64,000 nucleotides of DNA, taken from Heptranchias perlo (lineage: Eukaryota). Where the stretch lies: positions 15,624,001 through 15,688,000 of the forward strand of contig NC_090340.1 in assembly GCF_035084215.1 (NCBI RefSeq), read 5' to 3'. Of this stretch, positions 50,530-64,000 are shown one piece after another. The position numbers and the translations under genes are program-made. The notes below the pieces were generated by a model, which searched no databases, had not been told where the DNA came from, and was given only the letters and a program-made list of their open reading frames with translations. Within the stretch, counting starts at the first letter, position 1. Each line of letters starts with the position of its first letter.

Positions 50530-51520
50530 AACTTACACTCTATCGCTTTAATATAGAACAATGTTCCAAGGCGCTTCACAGACGCATCATCAAAAAAAAT
50601 GGACACTGAGCCAAGGAAGGATATATAGGTTGGGTGACCTTGGACATAGAGCTGGGTTTTAAGGAGGGTCTTATAGGAGGAGAGGGAGGTGTAGAGGCTT
50701 AAGGAGAGAATCCCAGAGTGTGGGGCCTAGACAACTGAAGGCATGGCTGCTAATGATGGATTGAAAGAATTTGGGTGTGTGTGCAAAAGAGGCCAGATTC
50801 AGAGGAATGTGGAGTGGGGGGGGGGGGCTTTAGGGCTAGAGGAGATTACAGAGACATGGAGGGGTGAGACCGTGAAGGGATGTAAACACAAGGATGAGAA
50901 TTTTAACTTTGAGGTGTTGGAGAGCTGGATGCCGATGTAGGTTAATGAGTGAGCAGGACCTGGTATGGGATAGGATATGGACAGCAGAGTTTTGGATGAG
51001 CTGAAGTATATGGTGGGTGGAGGATGGTCAGGAGAGCATTGGAATAGTTGAGTTTGGAGGTGACCAAGGCATGGATGAAGCTTTCAGCAGCAGATGAGCT
51101 GAGGTAGGGGTGTTGGCAGGTGATGTTACAGAGGCGATCTTTGTGATGGACAGGATATGAGGTCGGAAGCTCAGCTTTGGGTTGAATAGAATGTTGAGGT
51201 TGTGAGCTCTGTGGTTCAGGGAGGGTTATGAAAACATTGGTAAGGGTACGTTGGTAATGAGTCCATTTACCCACTTGTAATGTCTCCAGATAGTTCCAGA
51301 TCTAAAGCCGTTTTCTTGATCATATGTAGAATTTAATCAATCTGGTAATTTGTTTCAGCAAACTTGAATCCAATACTCCAAATGTTGCTTATTACTAATG
51401 GCCAGGGAGGGGTATGAAAACAGCGGTAAGGGTACGTTGTTTGTGATGGGGACCAAAGATGATGGCGTTAGTCTTCTCAATGTTCAGTTGGATGAAAATG
51501 CCGCTCATCCAAGACTGACC
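50530..51520 (-). mobile_element. L2-like LINE fragment carrying a templated insertion
   Basis: ORF 50942-51274 has the L2 motif FIHALVTSKLNYSNALL; ORF 51395-51604 has WM...QLNIEKT. Confidence 0.75.
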
Positions 51521-52379
51521 ACTTTTGTTTTGAGTGAACATTTCAGGGGGAGGAAATTTGGCTAGTTTTGGCACAGCAGTTTGCTTGCAACAAATGCTGC
51601 TCATCTAACCTGAGATGCTCAGACAGCACCAAGTGAAATGTCCCATTTATACAGCAGTTTGTTTGTAAAGCAGGGAAAAATTATACCTGTTCAGGGTTTC
51701 TGGTCCCATGTGGGAGATTTAGGGTTTCTGGGGTTGAAATTTGACCAAATACCTTAGTGTGCCAGTTTACAAATCCCAACAGTAATCTTGGCTTGGACGA
51801 AATCAGTAATGGCCCACCTTTTCTTGCTGTGGTTTTCTTGACTTAACTAACAAATATTTGTATTTTTACCTCAAGTACTTTTAGTATGCCAGGAGTGAGA
51901 CCAGTCACTGCTGTAAGGGGAGAAATTGCTGCAAATGGAGAGTACAGTTAAGGAGGTGGTGGGTGAGTTGTGGAACAAAACTTGGTAATGGAGTCCATTT
52001 ACCCATTTGTAATGTCTCCAGATAGTTCCAGATCTAAAGCCATTTTCTTGATCATATGTGGAATTTAATCAATCTAGTAATTTATTTCAGCAAACTTGAA
52101 TCCAATTTTCTATATACTCTCAATGTTGTTTATTACAGTGGGTGGGGTATTCTTCCATTTCTGAATTTGAAGGCTAATGCTGCAATAAACTAACTTCTTT
52201 AATTTCTGTGGTCCAGATTAACATGTTACTTAATGAAATGTGTACTGTACATGTGTCCTAAATAAAAATCAATTGAATATCTAGTTGGCACCGTGTTACA
52301 AAACTGTAATTCAGTAGACTTGTTTATAAACAGACCCAGAGTTTGAATTTCAACTGTAAACTCACTACCAGTTATTTAA

Positions 52380-54848
52380 CTAGTGGGAAGGATATAGAGG
52401 AGCAAATTTGCAGGGAAATTACAGAGATGTGCAAAAGCTATAAAGTAGTGATATATGGGGACTTCAACTATCCTAATATAGACTGGGATAACAACAACAA
52501 TAACTCATAATAATAATGTAAGGGGCAAAGAGGGGGAGGAATTTTTGAAATGTGTTCAGGATAACTTTCTTGACCAGAACGTTTCTGGCCCAACAAGGAA
52601 GGAGGTATTGCTGGACTTGGTTGTAGGGAATGAGGTGGGCCAAGTGGAGCAAGGTCAGTGGGGGAGCGTTTAGGGAGCAGCGATCATCGTCTCATAAGGT
52701 TTAGAATAGCTATGGAAAAAGACATTGACCACTCTAAAGTAAAAATACTCAATTGGAGGAGGGCCAATTTCAATGGGATGAGAACAGATCTTGCCCGGGT
52801 AAATTAGAATCTAAGATTGGCAGGCAAAACTGTAATTGAACAGTGGGTAGCCTTTTAAGAGGAGATGGTTCAGGTACAGTCTAGGCACATTCCCACGAGG
52901 CAGAAAGATAGGGCAACTCAAGGCAGAGGTCCCTGGATGACAAAAGAGGTAGCGAGTAAGATGAAATGGAGAAAAGGGGCATATGGCAGATGTCAGGTTG
53001 ATAACACAAGTGAGAACCAGGCAGAATATAGAAAGTTCAGAAGGGAAGTGAAAAAGGAAATAAGAGGGGCAAAGAGAGTATGAGAATAGACTGGTGGCAA
53101 ACATAAAAGGGAATTCTGAAGTCTTCTACAGGCATGTGAACAGTAAACGGGTCGTAAGAGGAGGGGTGGGGCCGATTAGGGACCATAAAGGAGATCTACT
53201 CATGGAGGCAGAGGGTATGGCCGAGGTACTAAATGAGTACTTTGCATCTGTCTTTAGCAAGGAAGAAGATGCTGCCAGAGTGTCAGTAAAGGAAGATATA
53301 GTTGAGATACTGGATGGGCTAAAAAATGATAAAGAAGAGGTACCTGAAAGGCTAGCTGTACTTAAAGTAGATATTGCTGAGAGAAGTAAGGGTGGAAATT
53401 GCGGAGGTACTGGCCATAATCTTTCAATCAACCTTAGATACGGGGTTGGTGCCGGAGAATTGCAAATGTTACACCCTTGATCAAAAGAGTATAAAGATAA
53501 ACCCAGCAACTATAGGCCAGTCAGTTTAACCTCAGTGGTGGGGAAACTTTTAGAAATGATAATCCGGGACAGAATTAACAGTCACTTGGACGAGTATGGA
53601 TTGATTAGGGACTACCAGAACGGATTTGTTAAAGGCAAGTTGTATTTAACTAACCTGATAGAGTTTTTTGATGTGGTGTACATGGACTTTCAAAAGGCGT
53701 TTGGTAAAATGCCGCATGGTAGGCTTAACGCCAAGATTGCGGCCCATGGAATAAAGGAGACAGTAGCGACGTGGGTGCAGAATTGGCGAAGTGACAGGAA
53801 ACATAGAGTAGTGGTGAACGGTTGTTTTTCGGACCGGAGGGAAATGTACAATGGTGTTCCCCAGGGGTCAGTGCTGAGACCACTGCTTTGCTTGATATAT
53901 ATTAATGACTTGGGTGTACAGGGCACCATTTCAAAATTTGCAGATGACTCAAAACTTGGAAGGGTAGTGAACAGTGAGGAGGATAGTGAGAGACTTCAAG
54001 AGGATGTAGATAGGCTGGTGGCATAGGCGGACATGTGGCAGAAAAGTGCAAAGTGATACATTTCGGCAGGAAGAACGCGGAGAGGCAATATAAACTATAG
54101 GGCACAATTCTAAAGGGGGTACAAGAACAGAGAGATCTGGAGGTATATGTGCACAAATCGTTGAAGGTGGCAGGGCAGGTTGAGAAAGCGGTTAAAAAAG
54201 CATACAGGATCCTGGGCTTTATAAATAGAGGCATAGAGTTCAAAAGTAAGGAAGTTATGTTGAACCTTTATAAGATACTGGTTTGGCCACAACTGGAGTA
54301 TTGTGTCCCGTTCTGGGCACCCCACTTTAGGAAAGATGTGAAGGCATTAGAGAGGGTGCAGAAGAGATTTACTAGAATGATTCCAGAGATGAGGGGCTTT
54401 AGTTACGTGGATAGACTGGAGAAGTTGCGGTTGCTCTCCTTGGAGCAGAGAAGGTTGAGAGGAGATTTGATAGAGATATTCAAAATCATGAAGGATCTAG
54501 ACAGAGTAGATAGAGAGAAACTGTTCCCATTGGCGGAAGGGTCAAGGACCAGAGGACATAGATTTAAGGTGATTGGCAAAAGAACCAAAGGTGACATGAG
54601 GAAAAACTTTTTTACACAGCGAATGGTTAGGATCTGGAATGCACTGCCCGAGGGGGTGATGGAGGCAGATTCAGTCACGCCCTTTACAAGGGAACTGGAT
54701 AAGTACTTGAAAGGAAAAAAATTGCAAGGCCACGGGGATAGGGCAGGGGAGTGGGACTAGCTGGATTGCTCTTGCAGCAAGCCAGCACGGACTCGATGGG
54801 CTGAATGGCCTCCTTCCGTGCTGTAATCTTTCTATAATTCTATGATTT
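52380..54848 (+). mobile_element. CR1 LINE, about 2.5 kb (partial APE and RT)
   Basis: GDFNYP and SDH remnants, ORFs 53535-54026 and 54149-54760, CR1 tail. Confidence 0.93.
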
Positions 54849-56569
54849 TAATTATAAATTATATACTGTACATATTTGTTGTACCAGCATAAAATGCTGG
54901 TTTTTTGACTCTGCAGTTCCAGAAATTACTACCTCCTGATGTGCTGTATTAAAATATTTTAAAATTCTTTGTTACTTTATTTTCTTTGACAACTTTAGGG
55001 TGCCTGACATGAATCACCACTTGTGCCACCCTCTAGTGTTATTAAATCTGTGCTATGTGCATTCAGAATGATCTAAAAACAAACTCAAAAAGCAAATTCT
55101 TCAAATCATTTGTGAATGGATGCATGTTCAGGTGCCCCTCAATAGCTCAGTGTGTTTGGGCAATGAGTAGTTTAGCCATACAGACCAGGAAGTTGCCAGG
55201 TTTGATTTCCAACCTAGGCTGAATTATCTGATCTCAGTCATTTGGCAGTAGGTGCACTATAATTTCTCCGCAGGTTAGGAAGGAGGAAGCTGGGCAGGCC
55301 TCCCATTCCTTGGCTACAATGCCCCCATTGTTGATCAACTTGCATAAAGAGTTGCCAGTTGGAAGCAATACTGGAGGTTGCCCAGTGTCTGTGGCAGTGT
55401 GACCCAGCAATACTTAGCACCTTTTGAGAGAAAAGTGTCAAAGAAGACATTTTTTAAAAAAAACCTTAAATTTTGAATTAAATGTACACCAGGGAGTATT
55501 TTACACAAAATAAACTGAGGTGGCACTTACTGCATGGTTCAGGTGCTGCATGCTTGAGTTATTTCTGCTGCAGTGTGACTGCTTTATTTTGCATAAACCT
55601 CCAGTCCCTAATGTATGATCTGTGTATACTGAGCCGTTTGTTTCTGAAAAGCATAGAGCAGGTGTGCTGCGAGCAGTTGTGCTTTGATGTGGAGAAAGGG
55701 CATATGAGCTGAAGATACATTTTTTTCCAGCAGCAGATTACTTACTGATAGTAAGTTATTTTGTCCACTGCAGTTTCAGTCAGGACTTTACAAGGATCCT
55801 TGGGGAAAATAGGTTTCAAAACTGAAAGCAGTTTGAACCTGTAGGACTAGCCTGCTAAGGTGTGGATCTGTTGGAAAACCAGCTTTGAGTTGTAGTGCTC
55901 ACCAAACCTGTTAAAATTTAGACCTGAAGTGAGTTGTCTGGTGCACAGAAACTGTTTGGATATACATGCACCTGTCCCTGGAGTGCATCTTGTGTCCAAA
56001 TTCACTTCAATTTTATGTCTGCCTCTGCATCTGATCAGTTCATGGGTTTAATTTTCCTTCTCATTAGCATTCTGGTACTGGAACTATTATTAGCCTGCAA
56101 TTTCTTCAAGTACTGGTGTCTGCTGGGTCATGTGCAAGTACTGCCACAGTACTTTTGTTCCTGGGTCAGGTTTTATGCCCACTTGGAAGTGAACTTTTTA
56201 AACTAATACAGTTGATGCCACAACATGCTGGAATGTTAGTTTAGGCCTGCAACTCCTATGCCATACATTTGCAGATAACCCATGTTTCCCCTCAGACAGA
56301 GAATGGAATAGCAAATGGATATCTTGAGGAAGACAGTTGAAAAAGTTAAGTTAATTTAATAAAAAACTGAAACATTCAAACAGATTTCCCATGATTTAAT
56401 GTTAACTGCATGAGAATAATGCAGTGTCAGCTATTGCATTTGTAGACAGTTCAACTAAGTGCAGAAAGAAAGAAGGTAAGAATTGTGCTTCAGAGTTAGC
56501 GGTCTAAGGACATTTGGAGTAATGCAAAATGCAGTCATAGGATTTTGTTGATTGTAATGGCTCTCGGCA

Positions 56570-59500
56570 CACATCTCTCATCCACGAAGCTTACCACCTG
56601 CTCCCTTGATTCTCTCTTGTCTCAGCTGCTTGATTCCCTCCTGACCCAATTTCACCTCATCAGGCCCTATGTTTGCCAAAGCCATCAACTTGTCTCTTTC
56701 CTCTGACAATATCCATACCTCATTCAAAACTGCGATTATTATCCCTCTCTTCAAAACCACTATTATCAATCCTATCCTTGTGAAACCCATTACTAACTTC
56801 TCCATAATCTCCATAGACTTCCCTCCAACCTTCCTTTTCACTTCAAAGTTATGGAATGTATCATTGCCGTACAACTGTATTCCCACTATTCCTTGTTTAA
56901 GACCCTCACTCTAACGTTCACCCCGCACACTGTGACTGTGATTATGGCTCTCTATCTCTCCTTATTCTGCCGCCTTTCACATCATCATCTCCCGTGTCTC
57001 CTTTACATTCTGTTTCTGTGGTGCTGCTCTCTCCAGGTTCCGGTCAAACCTGTTACATTGTCAACATTTATCATCTACAGCAGCTTCTCCTCCATTGCCC
57101 ACGTGGTCATTTCTCATGTACCTCCATCTTTGATCCCTTCCCCTTCACCTCGGCTTGATTCAGTTGATGGCACTCTTGCTTCTGCCTCAGTAGTTTTTGT
57201 TTCATGCCCAGCTGCAGGTCTTGAACACGCAATCTAGGCTGACAATTCTGAGGGGACATTTTTGGTGGTGTAGTGTTCTGAATAGTGTCATGGGACTTTC
57301 AATGTCTCATCCAAAGAAGAGCACAGAGTCTACCCTGTGTCCTAGCCAGCAGACTTCCCTTAACCAAGATTGGTTTAAAAAAAATTAACAGGTTAAAAAT
57401 TAACATGTTAAATTAATAGAGGGAGAAAATTGAATGAGTAAACTAGCAAGAAATATAAAAATAGATTGTAAGAGCTTCTACAAGTATGTAAAAAGGAAGA
57501 GATTAGCAAAAGTAAATGTGGGTCCCTTAGAGACAGAAGAAATTATAATGGGGAATAAGGAAATGGCAGAGACGTTAAACAAATATTTTGTATGTGTCTT
57601 CACAGTAGAAGACACAAAAAACATACCGGAAATAGTGGAGAACCCAGGGTGTAATGAGAGTGAGGAACTTAAAGTAATTAAAATTAGTAAAGAGAAAGTA
57701 CTGAAGGAATTAATGGGACTAAAAGCTGACAACTAATGGCCTGCATCCTAGAATTTTAAAAGAGGTGGCTGCAGAGATAGTGGATGCATTGGTTTTGATC
57801 TTCCAGAATTCCCTAGATTCTAGAACGGTCCCTGTGGATTGGAAGGTAGCAAATGTAACCCCGCTATTCAAGAAAGGAGGGAGAGAGAAAACAGGGAACT
57901 ATAGGCAAGTTAGCCTGACATCAGTAGTATGGAAAATGCTAGAATCTATTATTAAGGATGTAGTAACAGGGCACTTAGAAAATCATAATATGATTAGGCA
58001 GAGTCAACATGGTTTTATGAAAGGAAATCGTGTTTGACAAATCTATTAGAATTTTTTGAGGGTGTAACTAGCAGGGTAGATTAGCAGGAACCAGTGTATT
58101 TTGGATTTTCAAAAGGCATTCAATAAGGTGCCACACAAGGTTGTTACACAAGATTAGGGCTCATGGGATTGGGGGTAATATATTAGCATGGATTGAGGAT
58201 TGTTTTCTGTCCATAAACCAGAGCGTAGAAATAAATGGGTCGTTTTCAGGTTGGCAGGTTGTAACTAATGGGGTGCTGCAAGGATCACTGCTTGGGCCTC
58301 AGCTGTTTACTATATATATCAATGACTGACATAAGGGGACTGAGTATAACGTATCCAAGTTTGCTGCTGATATAAAGCTAGGAAAGTAAGCTGTGAAGAG
58401 GATGCAAAGAGACTGCAATGGCATAAAGACAGGTTAAGTGAGTGGGCAAGAAGGTGGCAAATGCAGTATAATGTGGGGAAATATGAATTATCCACTGTAC
58501 TAGGAAGAATAGAAAAGTAGAGTATTTTTTAAAAGGTGAGAGACTAAGAAATGTTGGTATTCAGAGGGATTTGGGTGTCCTTGTACATGAATCACAGAAA
58601 GTTAACATGCAGGTACAGCAAGCAATTAGGAAGGCAAATGGTATGTTAGCCTTTATTGTAAGGGGGTTGGAGTGTAAGAGTAAGGAGGTCTTGCAATTAT
58701 ATAGGGCTTTGGTGAGACCACACCTGGAGTACTGGGTACAGTTGTGATCTCCTTACCTAAGGAAGGATATACTTTCCTTAGAGGCTGTGCAACGAAGATT
58801 CACTAGATTGATTCCTGGGATGAGAGGGTTGTCCTATGAGGAGAGATTGAGTAGAATGGACCTATATTTTCTGGAGTTTAGAAGAATGAGAGGTGATCTC
58901 ATTGAAATGTATAAAATTCTTAGAGGGCTTGACAGGGTAGATGCTGAGAGGCTGTTTCCACTGGCTGGAGAGTCTAGAACTAGGGGTCATAGTCTCAAGA
59001 TAAGGGGTGGGCCATTTAGGACCGAGATGAGAAAAATTTCTTCACTCAGAGGGTTGTGAATCTTTGGAATTCTTTACCCGAGGGCTGTGGATGCTCAGTC
59101 ATTAAGTATATTCAAGACTGAGATTGATTGATATTTAGACCCTAAGGGAATCAAGGGATATGGGGATAGGGTGGGAAAGTGGAGTTGAGGTCGAAGATCA
59201 GCCATGGTCTTATTAAATGGCGGAGCAGACTCAAGGGGCCATATGGCCTACTCCTGCTCCTATTTCTTATGTTAACATCTCAGTTTTGTTTGTGGGACTA
59301 TGCTGTATGCAAAATGGCTACTGCCTACAAAACAAGTGACCGCATTTTAAACTAGTTGTATTTGAAGCGGTTCAGGAGCTTATGACAGTCATAAGGTGCT
59401 ATTCAATCATGCAAGTTCATTCATTCTTGTATGCTACCTTTTGGATATACAGTCTGGTAGCATGGGTCAACTTTTGTGTGAGGTCAACTTCCACATGTAT

Positions 59501-60230
59501 GCTGACAGCGCCCAGTTCTATACCCCTGCTTCTTCCACTGATCCAAAAGCCACTGCTGCTCTGTCCATCTGCCTGACTAACATCAAGACCCAGATGAGCT
59601 AAAATTTCTTACAGCTTAATGTTGGAGCGACAAAAGCTAACCTCTTGAACTCTCACCAGCACGTACGTGTCTATGGCCTTGATTCCATCAACTATCAGCT
59701 GCCACCTTAGGCTGAGGAGGGAGGTATGGAACTTTAGTGTACTGTCTGACTCCGAACTTGGTTTCCTCCCCCTTTGATCGGTTACCAAGACTGCTTTATT
59801 CGACTTTCACAGCATTGCCCGCCACCACTCATATCCTTTTCCCCACCTTGTCAAAATTCTAGCTCTTTCCTTCTAACGCTGGCCTCAACCCTCTTCAAGT
59901 TGCAACTGATTCAAATGCCACTGTCCACATTCTCATCCACACGAAGTCCCAAATGCTGACACTCGCATCCACTCCGAGCTCCACTTGCTCCCAGTGTTGA
60001 CTTCAAAATCTTTGTTCTTCCTTTTAAATTCCTTTGTGACCTCACTGTGTCCTACCTTAATGATCTTCACCCTCTGCTTCTCTAACACAAGGCTCCTCCT
60101 TATCTCCCCAGTTGCACCATTGGTGGCCACTCATTCAGCTAGCTACTTGCTGCTGTCTGGAGCAACCCCCTGCCCAGATCCTTTCACCATGCCACCTCGC
60201 CTGCTTTCAAAACTCTTTTGTGCAGCTTAT
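56570..60230 (+). mobile_element. Old L2-like RT remnants (about 56570-57200 and 59460-60230) flanking the CR1
   Basis: INLSLSS...FKTAIIIPLFK on the left; FHMYADSAQFY...CLTNIKTQMS on the right. Confidence 0.55.
57415..59272 (+). mobile_element. CR1 LINE fragment, about 1.9 kb
   Basis: ORFs 57434-59059: DWKVANVTPLFKKG, QHGF, RRMRGDLIE. Confidence 0.92.
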
Positions 60231-60511
60231 GATCCTACCGCCGCACCCCCCGCCCCCCCCCCCCCCCCCAACTTTTTCCCTTCATGCTCATGCTCCCTTA
60301 CAATGAGTGAAAACTCTTAAGAAGTCACATTGGTATACTTTTATGCACTCCCTTATAGCTGTGCAGTACTGCTTTTGGCACATCCATGCGTATTGCATAC
60401 ATGGAAACATATTACCATTCCGACCTCCCAGCCAGGGAGTAGTGCATTAGAATGAGGGCCTAAATAGGTGGAAAATAAATGGAGTACAACTTTATTTAGT
60501 ACAGAGACTGA

Positions 60512-61224
60512 GGGCTCGATTTTGCAATGGTGGCGGGTTGGCGGCAGGGCGGGGGTGCGGTGGTGAAGGTGCACGTGGCAAACCTGCATGAATAAAATTT
60601 ACTGTTTCTGACGCGATCGCATGTTGATTGCTGATGATTAACGTCCGCTCCGGGTTTCACGCCCAGCAGCCAGCTTGATTGACAGGCTGGCTGCCATCAG
60701 GAGCTGCAATGCAGGGGGAGAAGAGAGAGGGAGAGAAAGAGAAAGAGAGAGAGAGAGTGAGACGTCATCCAGCGCTGGAATGGAAGACTGGGGTTGGGGG
60801 GTGCGTGGGGTCAGAGAGGGAGACATTGGAGCAGGGTGCAAAAGTAGGTTCATTTTGTGTTTTAATTTCCTTCAATGGTTTTTGATGTACTTTATTTAGT
60901 TTATTTTTCGCTGATTCTGGTTTCACCAGGCGTGAATCAGAAGCGGTGGGCAAGCTGCCCAGGTAAGTTTTAAAAAAATCGCTACAATTACTTCATCTGT
61001 CACAGGTAAAGTGCCTTAAGTACCTCAATGAGGTACGTTTGGCTCTTTAATTGTCATGCGGGACTTCTGTTTTCGAGTCGCCCACGTGCACAGAGGTGGG
61101 TCCCTGGGAAACTCGGAAGTCGGCGGGTTGGAGCCGGCTTCCGAACCCGAACGGGAATTCTGCGATTTTCCCGAGCCCCCCCCCACCCCCAACGCATCAG
61201 CAATTGCCCCCTAAAATTCAGCCC
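60512..61224. mobile_element. Non-autonomous DNA transposon, PIF/Harbinger-like
   Basis: TIRs gggctcgatttt and aaaattcagccc, 3-bp TGA duplication on both sides, CpG-rich interior. Confidence 0.7.
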
Positions 61225-61624
61225 TGAGTTTTTAAGTGAATTCTGGGTGTCTTGAATTTTCCCAAAGTTTCTCCAAGTTCCTTGTCTGATTTTCCTGGTC
61301 TTATCACAATCTTTTGCAATCTCTTGCTCTTAAATTTTCTTTGGTTTTAGTGAGATTCTTTTTGCTAACCCATAGGATCTCTACAGAAGGCCACATAGCC
61401 ACTGAACAGGCTTCTTTGAATTCTATACAGGTCTCTAGTGCTGTATCACATGGCCCTCTGAGTATTACCCTGAAACTAATTTTTACAGAGTCATAAATCT
61501 CAGTATTGTAACATTTTCAATATTGGCATCTGGTTAAGCATGCCAGCAAAGAAAACTGTGTTTATATTTATATAAACAAGTGTTATGCAAAATAAATTCT
61601 TGTGACGTTTGGATGCTATTCTCA

Positions 61625-61922
61625 TAGAAACATAGAAAATAGGAGCAAGAGGAGGGCATTTGGCCCTTCGGGCCTGCTCCGCCATTCAAAATGATCGTGG
61701 CTGATTGTCTAACTCAAAACCCTATTCCTGCTTTTTCCCCGTATCACGTGATCCCCTTTAGCATTAAGAAATATATCTGTCTCCTTCTTGAATACATCTA
61801 ATGACTTGGCCTCCACTGCCTTCTGTGGTGGAGAATTCCACAGGTTCACCACCCTCTGAGTGAAGAAATTTCCCCTCATCTCTGTTCTAAATGGCATACC
61901 CCGCATCCTGAGACTGTGACCC
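61625..61922 (-). mobile_element. CR1 LINE 3' end
   Basis: ORF 61709-61906: FRTEMRGNFFTQRVVNLWNS. Confidence 0.85.
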
Positions 61923-64000
61923 TTCTCGACTGTCTTAAGCTATTCTTGTTAAGCTATTACTGTAGATTAAATTGCAGTTCCATATCCATTACGTGCAGAA
62001 AGTCTAGGACTAGTTACAGGATCTACCTTGGGCAGACATGAAAGAAGTGCTGATGTTTGTGGCACAGAGCAACTTGGCTTGTTGAGAAGGTAAAGTAAAA
62101 GGTAAGGTTTTTTAAAAAAAAAATGGGAATACAATATCGCTGTTGCGTGTGGTAACCAACAGTCCTCTGCTCCTTTCTCTGTGATTGCCCAGAAAGTTAA
62201 CTTGGGGATGAGGAGAGAAGGATTTCATTGCTAAGCTTCCTGCATATGTATATGTCAGTCAGTGATGTGTTTGGCCATATAGCTGCCCACTGTTCTTTGA
62301 AATTAGACTAAATATTTGATCCTGTTCTTTGTAAACCCAATTAGGCAAGAATTGCTGCAAACCAACAGTGCGCAGAGTGGCTACGTCACAAGCAAATGTT
62401 AATCGTCTCAACTGATCTGATGATATATGCTGACCATATATTACTAATATATATTAACCTTCTAGTAATCACACCAGAATTTTAAACCCTTCAGTGTAAA
62501 TAGCAGCATACTGGTATCAAAACTGAACCACCCTAGTAAAATTAGCCAGATGCATAGGAATGGGCATAAGGTATTATAGTCAAGAGAATTAGATCGTTAA
62601 AACTGTATGAGTTATGGTTTATTAAGTCTACTATTCAACTATATTCTAATCTTTTTAATCACCCTCATATTTTTCCTTTAAATATAGTGAATTGTTTATT
62701 TCCTGGAAATGGCCTATTAATTGCAATGTATTGAAATCTTTTACCACCAATATTATTTCACCTATTTTGTATTGCGGATTGTATTGCTCACTGTATCTAC
62801 TACAAAATACAAAAACTGGAACAAGTAGATTTTTTTCTGGAATAAATCAGCGTATAATGGATACCCAGGAGCAATTATGGGCAATAATATTTTTGAGCCA
62901 TTTGGAATGCTTTGTGTGCTGGGTGGGATAACAAATGTTGCTGCAGACAAGTATAACGGTGATGCATCTTTCATAAATTTGATCTTGATTACTGGAAGGA
63001 CAAAGACTGATGAAACTGCTTGCTGTGTTGATGGTCAAGTCTTAGATTTACCTTTGGCCGATTTATTCTGACCTACACTGGATCAGCAAATGATGGTTAG
63101 CTCTAGGCATGAACCTTTTCGTGCAAAGGATCAAGGTAGATGTGGTGTGTGAAGGTTCCTTACAAGCTTTCTATTCTGATATGTTTTGATTTGATAAAGA
63201 GGCTATGGTGCAGCCATATCAGCTCTTGTGTTCCTGACATCCACTTGGATTATCTGGCTTAATTGCTAGTAACTCTTGAGATGCTGCTCCAGTTATAATT
63301 TTGTGGAGGACAGTTGACCTGGCTATATCTTCAGTATTTTAGAAGGATGGACTCTTGTGAGGAGTAGCCCATCTGGTCTCCATTCCTTGGGAACCCGACT
63401 CAGTTCAAGGGAAAAGATAAAATTTCTTTGCAGCCTTTCAAGTCGGGCTACAATATTATATTACTGACCAGACGTAAGCTTTGTGAAATACAGTAGATGT
63501 TGATTGTAATTAGGGGAGAACTAGCAGATTCATACTCAATTGTAATACCTATTAGGTCAAATAGGCTGTTTACACTCACTGCCTAGGCTTGCGTGAGAAA
63601 AATGTCCAATTTACTGTAATACTGGAATGCTTTTAGCAACAATGGAACTGTACCACAACAAGTTTCTGCATGTTCATGAGAGGAGGGGAGCAAGTTTTGG
63701 TAAAGGTGGTGGAGTACAAAATCAATTCTGGGAGAGCTTTCTTGAAGATTGCCAGTCTTTTATCTTTCCCATCCATCTTTTGCCACCTGTTCTCACCAGT
63801 TGTATATCATAAGAGGAAGGGTTGAATGTGCTCTGGACTACTTGGTGAGATAGTTCTCTTGAAATTGTTTCTAAATCTTTTGAATACAATGTGGAGTTGG
63901 TGAACGGTTTTTATTCTGCTTTGATTATTTAGTCTTTGCCATTGAAGTGATAGCCACACTTGCGACCAATGATTGTAATGTAATCACTGAATTTATTGAG

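Noticed and set aside
60512-61224. CpG-rich block as an internal AMFR promoter
   Set aside because: Bounded by TIRs and a TGA duplication, so a young DNA transposon explains it.
62020-62089. AG...GT-bounded 70-nt segment in AMFR intron 1 containing VLMFVA and an in-frame stop
   Set aside because: Weak pyrimidine tract and no real match to AMFR exon 2; cannot be supported as a poison exon from sequence alone.
63005-63045. TACCV peptide resembling AMFR exon 2 (VLVNTACCVLMLV...)
   Set aside because: Similarity stops after five residues, there is no acceptor at the expected place and no FGPLR motif follows; exon 2 is probably beyond the window.

Overview
Repeat-rich vertebrate genomic DNA. The repeat content (CR1 and L2 LINEs, Deu-domain SINEs, Penelope-like elements) points to a cartilaginous fish; this is inferred, not proven. 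Three protein-coding genes were reconstructed by hand from splice sites. (1) On +, 8089-16014: an unnamed 8-exon Ig-superfamily receptor of 385 aa, made of a leader, a germline-joined VJ-type V domain, one C1-set domain, an uncharged TM segment, and a tail built from three duplicated phase-0 exons carrying ITIM/ITSM motifs (SIRP-alpha-like tail). (2) On -, 37471-21351: a complete 7-exon NUDT21 (CFIm25) of 226 aa. (3) On +, from 44911: AMFR (gp78) exon 1, divergent from NUDT21, with intron 1 running off the window. Best leads: the VJ-C1 inhibitory receptor with a modular tail in which splicing decides whether an ITSM is completed; an exact duplication of the NUDT21 exon-5 3' splice site that creates an immediate stop (poison acceptor); Penelope elements with paired minimal hammerhead ribozymes and a perfect 41-bp palindrome in the NUDT21 promoter; a near-complete CR1 whose only lesions lie at homopolymer runs; and several locally templated duplications.
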